Below, piece after piece: positions 57,573-64,000 of a DNA stretch of 64,000 bases; within the stretch, counting starts at the first letter, position 1; each line of letters starts with the position of its first letter. Source of the stretch: Oscillospiraceae bacterium (lineage in GTDB: Bacteria; Bacillota; Clostridia; Oscillospirales; Oscillospiraceae); NCBI GenBank assembly GCA_015068225.1, contig SVKX01000001.1, positions 44,363 through 108,362 of the forward strand. Reading direction: 5' to 3'. The notes under the pieces were generated by a model. That model saw only the letters and a program-made list of their open reading frames with translations, searched no databases and was not told the origin of the DNA. A program made the position numbers and the translations under genes.

Positions 57573-58580
57573 TTATTTTCCAAATTTTTCAGCCGCAGCC
57601 TTCAGCATCTGGCGGATGGGGAGTTGATAGGGACAGCGGGTTTCGCATACGCCGCATTCCACACAGTCAGAAGCCGTTTTTTCCATGGCATCATACCGGG
57701 CTTTTGCCCAATCCTGCAGGCCGTAGCGGGAATAATAGCCCTCCATCAAAAATACGCCGGGAATGGAGATCCCTGCGGTACAGGGGGCGCAGTAATTGCA
57801 CCGGCGGCAGAAGTGGGTGCCAAGATCCTTGCGGATCTGCTCCAGGGAGGCAAGCTCCTGCTGTGTTAGAGGCGTGGTATTGCTTACCGCCGCCAGATTC
57901 TGCGCAAGCTCCGCAGACTCTGCCATGCCGGGGATCACCACGGTTACATCCGGATCGGCACAGACGAACCGCAGTGCCAGTGTGGCATCCTCAATGGCGC
58001 CGCCAGCAAGGGGCTTCATGCAGACAAAGCCAATATTCTTTTCCCGGCACTGCCGGATCAGTTCTTCACCCTGGGTCTCCACAATATTATAGGGGAACAT
58101 AACCGTCTCCACCCAGGGAAGTTCCAGCGCCCGCCGGAAGACCTCCAGAGAATGGGCGGTGATGCCCAGATGGCCGATTTTTCCTGCGGCCTTTGCCGCC
58201 AGCAGGGCTTCCAGCGCGCCGCCGGGAGCGATGACCTTTTCCAGATCAGCAGGGGAGGGGTTATGCACCTGATACAGGTCGATGTAATCGGTACGAAGCC
58301 CCGCAAGGCTGATATCAATATCCTTTGCCATGGCATCCGCAGTGCGGGCCATGCTCTTGGTGGCCAGCACGAAATGCTCCCGGATCCCCTCCAGCGCCTC
58401 ACCCAGGTAGCTTTCACTGACGGTATAGCCCCGGGCAGTGTCGATATAATTGACGCCGGCCTTCAGAAGCTGACGGATCAAAATCTTTGTGCCGGCGGCA
58501 TCGATTCTCTGGATGGGGATGCCGCCAAAGCCCATGCGGGAGATCCGCAAGCCGGTTTTTCCCAGAATTCTGTATTCCAT
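57573..58580 (-). CDS. Aldo/keto reductase with C-terminal 4Fe-4S domain
   Basis: YR.LGKTG, DTARGY, TDYIDLYQ.H, C.RC.YC.PC and CVECG.CE.RCP. Confidence 0.9.
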   Translation of the reverse strand: MEYRILGKTGLRISRMGFGGIPIQRIDAAGTKILIRQLLKAGVNYIDTARGYTVSESYLGEALEGIREHFVLATKSMARTADAMAKDIDISLAGLRTDYIDLYQVHNPSPADLEKVIAPGGALEALLAAKAAGKIGHLGITAHSLEVFRRALELPWVETVMFPYNIVETQGEELIRQCREKNIGFVCMKPLAGGAIEDATLALRFVCADPDVTVVIPGMAESAELAQNLAAVSNTTPLTQQELASLEQIRKDLGTHFCRRCNYCAPCTAGISIPGVFLMEGYYSRYGLQDWAKARYDAMEKTASDCVECGVCETRCPYQLPIRQMLKAAAEKFGK

Positions 58581-58864
58581 GATGCTGTCTCCTTTGCTGC
58601 GTGTCTTTACAAAAAGGAAAATACTTTCTGCATAACAGTATAGTTCTCCAATGGCTGAATGTCAATCCGGCAGCGGAGGGAAATGGCTTTGTGAATTTGG
58701 ACCAAATTCCTGTCCATGGGGAGAGAAAACCGTTACATATGTGACGAATTGACAGTTTGACTATTGTAATTTGTGGAGAAAAGTGCTAATATACGTAAAT
58801 AACGCACAAAAGTCCGCGTCCAAAAGACGGGCGTAAGCATATGATGGATTTGGAGGAGAAGCGT

Positions 58865-59950
58865 ATGTCAAGAGTTTATAATTTTTCTGCCGGTCCGGCG
58901 GTCCTTCCGGAGTCTGTTCTGCAGGAAGCTGCCGCGGAAATGATGGATTATCAGGGCACCGGCATGTCCGTTATGGAGATGAGCCACCGGTCCTCTGCCT
59001 ATCAGAAGATCATTGACACTGCAGAGGAGGACCTGCGGTCCCTGATGGGCATTCCTGAGAATTATAAGGTACTGTTTATGCAGGGCGGTGCTTCCACCCA
59101 GTTTGCCATGGTGCCCATGAACTTGATGAAAAACCGGGTGGCGGAGTACATCATCACCGGGCAGTGGGCGAAAAAGGCCTATCAGGAGGGTAAGCTCTAC
59201 GGCACAGCCTATGCCGCAGCCTCTTCTGCAGACCGGAATTTCTCTTATATCCCGGATTGTTCGGATCTTCCCATCCATGAGGATGCGGATTACGTGCATA
59301 TCTGTGAGAACAATACTATTTACGGTACAAAGTTCAAGACCCTGCCCAATACCAAGGGCAAGCCCCTGGTTGCGGACCTGTCCTCCTGCATCCTGTCTGA
59401 GCCGGTGGATGTGACCCGTTATGGCATGATCTACGGCGGCGTCCAGAAGAACATTGGTCCTGCCGGTACTGTGATCGCTGTGATCCGGGAGGATCTGATC
59501 ACGGAAGATGTGCTCCCCGGCACACCTACCATGCTGCGCTATAAGACCCATGCGGATAATGGCTCGATGTACAACACCCCACCTGCCTATGGCATTTATA
59601 TCTGCGGCAAGGTGTTCCGCTGGCTGAAGGAGTTTGGCGGCTTGGAGGCCATGCAGGCGTACAATGAAAAGAAGGCAAAGGTGCTCTATGATTTCCTGGA
59701 TCAGAGCAGCCTCTTCCGCGGCACAGTGGAAAAGAAGGACCGTTCGCTGATGAATGTTCCCTTTGTCACCGGCGATCAGGAGTTGGATGCCGCTTTTGTG
59801 AAGGAAGCTGCTGCTGCCGGCTTTGTGAATCTGAAGGGTCACCGTACTGTAGGCGGTATGCGGGCCAGCATTTATAACGCGATGCCTATGGAGGGCGTGG
59901 AAAAACTGGTGGCGTTTATGGATGATTTTGAGCGCCGCAATCGGAAATAA
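58865..59950 (+). CDS. serC: Phosphoserine aminotransferase
   Basis: NFSAGPAVLP, EMSHR, QKNIGPAG, NTPP and GHR.VGG.RAS.YNA. Confidence 0.96.
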   Translation: MSRVYNFSAGPAVLPESVLQEAAAEMMDYQGTGMSVMEMSHRSSAYQKIIDTAEEDLRSLMGIPENYKVLFMQGGASTQFAMVPMNLMKNRVAEYIITGQWAKKAYQEGKLYGTAYAAASSADRNFSYIPDCSDLPIHEDADYVHICENNTIYGTKFKTLPNTKGKPLVADLSSCILSEPVDVTRYGMIYGGVQKNIGPAGTVIAVIREDLITEDVLPGTPTMLRYKTHADNGSMYNTPPAYGIYICGKVFRWLKEFGGLEAMQAYNEKKAKVLYDFLDQSSLFRGTVEKKDRSLMNVPFVTGDQELDAAFVKEAAAAGFVNLKGHRTVGGMRASIYNAMPMEGVEKLVAFMDDFERRNRK

Positions 59951-59964
59951 AGGAGCGAAAAGCC

Positions 59965-61128
59965 ATGTTTCAAGTACATTATCTAAATCCTATCTCCAAG
60001 AAGGGAACGGATCTTTGGAAGGACAATTACCAGACAGCCAATTCTCTGGAGGATGCCCAGGCGGTGCTGGTGCGAAGCGCGGCTATGCATGATTTGGATC
60101 TGCCGGAGGGCCTGTTGGCCGTAGCAAGAGCCGGTGCCGGTGTGAACAATATTCCCCTGGATAAGTGCGCGGAGCAGGGCATCGTGGTGTTTAATACCCC
60201 CGGTGCCAATGCCAACGGCGTTATGGAGCTGGCGCTGTGCGGTATGCTGCTGGGCTGCCGGGACATCGTCGGCGGTATCCAGTGGGTAAAATCCATCCAG
60301 AATGAGGGTGGCGTATCCAAGCTGGTGGAAAAGGGCAAGTCCAAGTTTGCCGGTTTTGAGATCGCCGGCAAGAAGCTGGGTGTTATCGGCCTTGGTGCCA
60401 TCGGCGGCCCGCTGGCCAATGCGGCCATCAAGCTGGGCATGGAGGTCTACGGCTGCGATCCCTTTATTTCTATCGATGCGGCATGGCATCTGGACAGCAA
60501 TGTAATCCGGGTAAAGACAAGGGAGGAGATCTATTCTCAGTGCGATATTATCTCCCTGCATACCCCTCTGCTGGAGGATACCAAGAAAATGGTCAATGCC
60601 GAGGCCTTCAGTCAGATGAAGGACGGTGCGATCCTGCTGAACTTTGCCCGGGATCTGCTGGTAGACGATGATGCGCTGGAGCAGGCTCTGAAATCCGGAA
60701 AGCTCCGCCGCTATGTTACGGACTTCCCCAATGACCGGACCGCCGGTATGGAGGGTGTCATTGCCATTCCCCATCTGGGCGCGTCTACAGAGGAATCCGA
60801 GGACAACTGTGCCCGCATGGCGGTGAAGCAGGTGATGAATTACCTGGAAAACGGCAATATCATCAACTCTGTGAATTTCCCCAACTGCGATATGGGCATT
60901 TGCACAAAGGCAGGCCGGGTGACCATTCTGCACCGCAATATTCCCAATACCCTGAGCCGGTTTACCGGCGCTATGGCCAAGGCAGGCATCAACATTTCTG
61001 ATCTGATGAACCGAAGCCGTGGCGAATATGCCTACACCATTCTGGATCTGGACCATCCTGCTCCGGACAGCGTGATCGAGGAGCTGAACCAGATGGAAGG
61101 CGTTCTCAGAGCCAGAAAAATATGCTGA
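59965..61128 (+). CDS. serA: D-3-phosphoglycerate dehydrogenase with ACT domain
   Basis: RAGAGVNNI, NTPGANAN, GLGAIG and PHLGAST.ESE. Directly follows serC. Confidence 0.93.
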   Translation: MFQVHYLNPISKKGTDLWKDNYQTANSLEDAQAVLVRSAAMHDLDLPEGLLAVARAGAGVNNIPLDKCAEQGIVVFNTPGANANGVMELALCGMLLGCRDIVGGIQWVKSIQNEGGVSKLVEKGKSKFAGFEIAGKKLGVIGLGAIGGPLANAAIKLGMEVYGCDPFISIDAAWHLDSNVIRVKTREEIYSQCDIISLHTPLLEDTKKMVNAEAFSQMKDGAILLNFARDLLVDDDALEQALKSGKLRRYVTDFPNDRTAGMEGVIAIPHLGASTEESEDNCARMAVKQVMNYLENGNIINSVNFPNCDMGICTKAGRVTILHRNIPNTLSRFTGAMAKAGINISDLMNRSRGEYAYTILDLDHPAPDSVIEELNQMEGVLRARKIC

Positions 61129-61133
61129 TAAAC

Positions 61134-61165
61134 AAACGGGCGCGTCGTAAGACGCGCCCGTTTTT
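61134..61165. terminator. Bidirectional terminator
   Basis: AAACGGGCGCGTC-GTAA-GACGCGCCCGTTTTT. Confidence 0.8.
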
Positions 61166-61169
61166 GCAT

Positions 61170-61703
61170 TTAATCTTCCGTATAGGTCACAAGATCCTCT
61201 GCGCTTTTGCGTTTTTTGTCCCGCAGGCGATCTGCGGCATCTGAATAGCCAACTGTGATCACCAACCGTACCGGTTGGTCAAGTCCGCAGACCTTGCGGA
61301 TCTTTTCGTCATCCAGCCAACCGAGAATACAGGTGCTCAGCCCCTGGGCAGTGGCTTCGGCGGTGAGGTAGGCCGCGGCGATACCAATATCGATGGAACG
61401 GTAGTCGTTGCCCTTGAGCTTCGCTCCCAGAGCGGCGGATTTTACATAGGGCATTTCGGAAATAACGATCAGCACAGGTGCTTGCGCGGCAAATTTATTC
61501 ATACCCATACCCATGGTGGCCGCGGCAACCGCTTTGGCGGCATTGCCCCGGCAAACGGTAAGATGATAGGGCTGACCGTTGCAGGCAGAGGGAGCCAGCC
61601 GCACAGCCTCCAGAATGGCATCCAGCTTTTCCTGCTCCACATCCCGGCTGGGATCATAGCTGCGGCAGGACTGACGGGTCTTGGCGATCTGTAAAAAATC
61701 CAT
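61170..61703 (-). CDS. Nitroreductase family protein
   Basis: RQSCRSY, APSA.N.QP, DIGIA and GL.TC.LG. Confidence 0.9.
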   Translation of the reverse strand: MDFLQIAKTRQSCRSYDPSRDVEQEKLDAILEAVRLAPSACNGQPYHLTVCRGNAAKAVAAATMGMGMNKFAAQAPVLIVISEMPYVKSAALGAKLKGNDYRSIDIGIAAAYLTAEATAQGLSTCILGWLDDEKIRKVCGLDQPVRLVITVGYSDAADRLRDKKRKSAEDLVTYTED

Positions 61704-61722
61704 ATAGGACACTCCTTTTGGT

Positions 61723-62952
61723 TTATTTGGGGCGGGTTCTGCGCATATGGGCATATACGCCAATGGCGGCAATGGGGAACAGCATGCCGACCAGCATACC
61801 CAGCTTCATGCCAAGGGCTTCCGGAGTGAGAGACAGGTTCTGGGCTAAAGTGCCGATGCCGGGGAATGCAATAGCGGCGTCGGTAACAATTCCAATGATC
61901 TGGGGGGATACAGAAGCACCCAGATCGCCGCCGGCAGCCATCATGGCATAGAGAAATACACCGCCATGAGGGATCCGGTCCGAGGCGGCGATGAGACAGC
62001 CGGGCCAGAGCATGGATACGCAGAAGCCTGTAAGGCCGCAGGCCAAAAGGCCCACCAGAGGACTGGGGGAAACTGCTGCGACCAGATAGCAGATGGCTGC
62101 GCCCACGGCGCCCCAGAGCAGCACGCGGGTCACATCTTTGCCTTTCTTAGCATACAGGGTGCGTCCCAGTCCCAGCATAAGGGCAAAAACTGCCACGCCA
62201 AAAATGTCGCCCCATACCTTTGGAATTCCCATAGCTTGCTCCAGATAGCCGGAAACCCACTGGGCCATGGTGCATTCTGCGGCGCCGCCCAAGAAAATTG
62301 CGGTCACGCACAGCCAAAGTCCCTTGGTTTTAAAGAGGGTCGCAACGCCGGCAGTTTGCTGAGGAGATTCCATAGCCGGAAACTGAGAGCCGGCAAACAA
62401 AAGGGCAGAGGTCAGAGGGACCAGAGCAAAGAAAAGTGTTAGATAGTACCAGTTCTCGCCGCCAAGGATCAGCAAATACAGGGTGCTCACAAGGATCACT
62501 GCCACAACACCCCATGCGTAGACGGAGTGGAGCTTGCTGACTTCCCGATCAGGGTCATCAGCCGGCAGCGCCGCAATGATGGGGCTGATCAAAACCTCAA
62601 CAAGACCTGCGGAGAGGGAATAGATCACCGTTCCTATAACCAGACCGGCATAGGCATGCTGGGGCAGAAAAACCGGCCAGAGGGAATATACAAGCAGACC
62701 GAGGATAGTCAGCAGGGGGATACACTTGACAGTCTTGGAGATGTTGAACTTGTGGGAGAAAAAGGAAAAGATCAAATCAATGGTCAGCTGGGTCACGAAA
62801 TTGATCAGGATCAAAAGCCCCAGAAGGGAAAAGGAGATGCCGTAAAGGGAGCGGAAAGTCAAAAACAGCAGAGGGGGAAGATTTCCCACCACTGACATGG
62901 AAATGTTGGATAAGTAGCAGGCAGTTTTCAGCCGCCCAAATGAATGATGCAT
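61723..62952 (-). CDS. MFS transporter
   Basis: ~12 TM segments, GLVEVL.SP, LHS.Y.WG and GGA.E. Confidence 0.85.
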   Translation of the reverse strand: MHHSFGRLKTACYLSNISMSVVGNLPPLLFLTFRSLYGISFSLLGLLILINFVTQLTIDLIFSFFSHKFNISKTVKCIPLLTILGLLVYSLWPVFLPQHAYAGLVIGTVIYSLSAGLVEVLISPIIAALPADDPDREVSKLHSVYAWGVVAVILVSTLYLLILGGENWYYLTLFFALVPLTSALLFAGSQFPAMESPQQTAGVATLFKTKGLWLCVTAIFLGGAAECTMAQWVSGYLEQAMGIPKVWGDIFGVAVFALMLGLGRTLYAKKGKDVTRVLLWGAVGAAICYLVAAVSPSPLVGLLACGLTGFCVSMLWPGCLIAASDRIPHGGVFLYAMMAAGGDLGASVSPQIIGIVTDAAIAFPGIGTLAQNLSLTPEALGMKLGMLVGMLFPIAAIGVYAHMRRTRPK

Positions 62953-62973
62953 AACATGTTCTCCCGTATTGGT

Positions 62974-64000
62974 TTAGTATTTACAAAGACGGTTGGCCCG
63001 CTCCGTCATCCACAGCATGATCACCACAAACATCGCCATGTAAAAGGGGAATATGCCAATATGAACATACTGGGCAAGAATGCCGAAAGCAGGAGGCATC
63101 AGCAAGCTGCCGCAATAGGCGCTGGCCATTTGGATGCCCACAACAGCATGAGAGTTCTCTTTTCCAAAGAGGGTGGGAGTAGAGTGGATGATGGCAGGAT
63201 AGATGGGCGCAGCGCCCAGTCCGATGAGAATCAGCCCCAGCAAGGCAGAAAGTGCAGCGGAAACAGGTAGCATGATCAATGCCAGGCCCAATACGATCAC
63301 CGTGATGCCGATGCGCATCATATTTTTATCCCCAATACGGTCGGCCACAAAACCGCTGATAAAACGCCCCAGCGTGATTCCTGCAAGAAATAAGGAAGCA
63401 AAGGTCGCGGCTTGTTCCGGATCAACAGCCTTAAATTCCACAAGATACGTACTGGCCCACAAAATTGCGGTAGACTCAAATGCACAGTAGCAGAAAAATG
63501 CCAGCAAAACCTCCTTGACACCCCGTAAGCTTACAGCTTTTCGGAGGCTGATGGGCGCAGTGGATTTTTCCGAAACCGGGCCACCGGTTTGCCGCTGCCA
63601 CAGGGGAAGGGTGAAGAATAAGGAGATGGCGAGCAGGATCTGGATACCGGAAACAACGCCGTAGCCCATACGCCAGCCATGGTTAGCTTGAATGACCCAT
63701 CCCATGATATACGGGCCAACGGAAGCGCCCACGCCCCAGAAGCAGTGCAGCCAGTTCATGTGTCTTGCGGCGTAATGCAGCGCCACATAATTGTTCAGTG
63801 CCGCGTCCACCGCACCGGCGCCGAGGCCGTAAGGGATGGCCAGCAGGCACATAAGGGGGAAGGAATTGCAAAGGGAAAATCCCAGCAGGGCCAGCGCTGT
63901 AAAGGAAATGCTGACAGCAGTAACGATTCCAGCGCCAAAGCGGTGGGTAAGCTTGTCGGAAAACAAGCTGGAGGTGATGGTGCCGCAGGAAATGATCATG
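62974..64000 (-). CDS. MFS transporter (FucP/TsgA-like), 5' end beyond the window
   Basis: GAGAVDAALNNYVA, MNWLH.FWGVGA and APIYP.IIH.TP. Confidence 0.85.
   Translation of the reverse strand, partial: MIISCGTITSSLFSDKLTHRFGAGIVTAVSISFTALALLGFSLCNSFPLMCLLAIPYGLGAGAVDAALNNYVALHYAARHMNWLHCFWGVGASVGPYIMGWVIQANHGWRMGYGVVSGIQILLAISLFFTLPLWQRQTGGPVSEKSTAPISLRKAVSLRGVKEVLLAFFCYCAFESTAILWASTYLVEFKAVDPEQAATFASLFLAGITLGRFISGFVADRIGDKNMMRIGITVIVLGLALIMLPVSAALSALLGLILIGLGAAPIYPAIIHSTPTLFGKENSHAVVGIQMASAYCGSLLMPPAFGILAQYVHIGIFPFYMAMFVVIMLWMTERANRLCKY

Overview
Chromosomal window from a fairly GC-rich, spore-forming clostridial Firmicute. Oscillospiraceae-like is my inference from gene content, sigmaA/sigmaK-like promoters and the repeat family. 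It has four parts. (1) 1-8.3 kb: ytvI, an ACT protein, an aspartokinase without ACT domains, L20-leader/infC-rpmI-rplT, rluA- and dus-family genes, a Cu/Zn SOD and a lipoprotein. (2) 8.5-38.3 kb: a ~30 kb amino-sugar/sugar-acid catabolic island. It holds a LacI-controlled operon (variant NagB, creatininase-family hydrolase, Gfo/Idh/MocA, a rearranged one-chain dihydropyrimidine-dehydrogenase-like Fe-S flavoprotein, UxuB-like SDR, LDH2, SGNH esterase, malic enzyme), an AraC-sensor/ABC importer, GH31/DUF4091/GH109-like glycosidases, a collapsed GH20 remnant, nagA, and a DegT aminotransferase with two amidohydrolases. (3) 38.4-51.5 kb: an MBOAT/DHHW O-acylation operon, MATE, NahK-like/ROK/nagA, a DUF5058 pair with a membrane-anchored M20 hydrolase, and DUF1846. 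(4) 51.5-64 kb: trkAH, a CofE-like ligase, a nested MITE/REP element with an orphan cassette, an aldo-keto reductase, serC-serA, a nitroreductase and MFS genes. I saw no rRNA, tRNA, CRISPR array, prophage or transposase. The best candidate for an undescribed system is the catabolic island. All family calls come from motif recognition by eye, not database searches.
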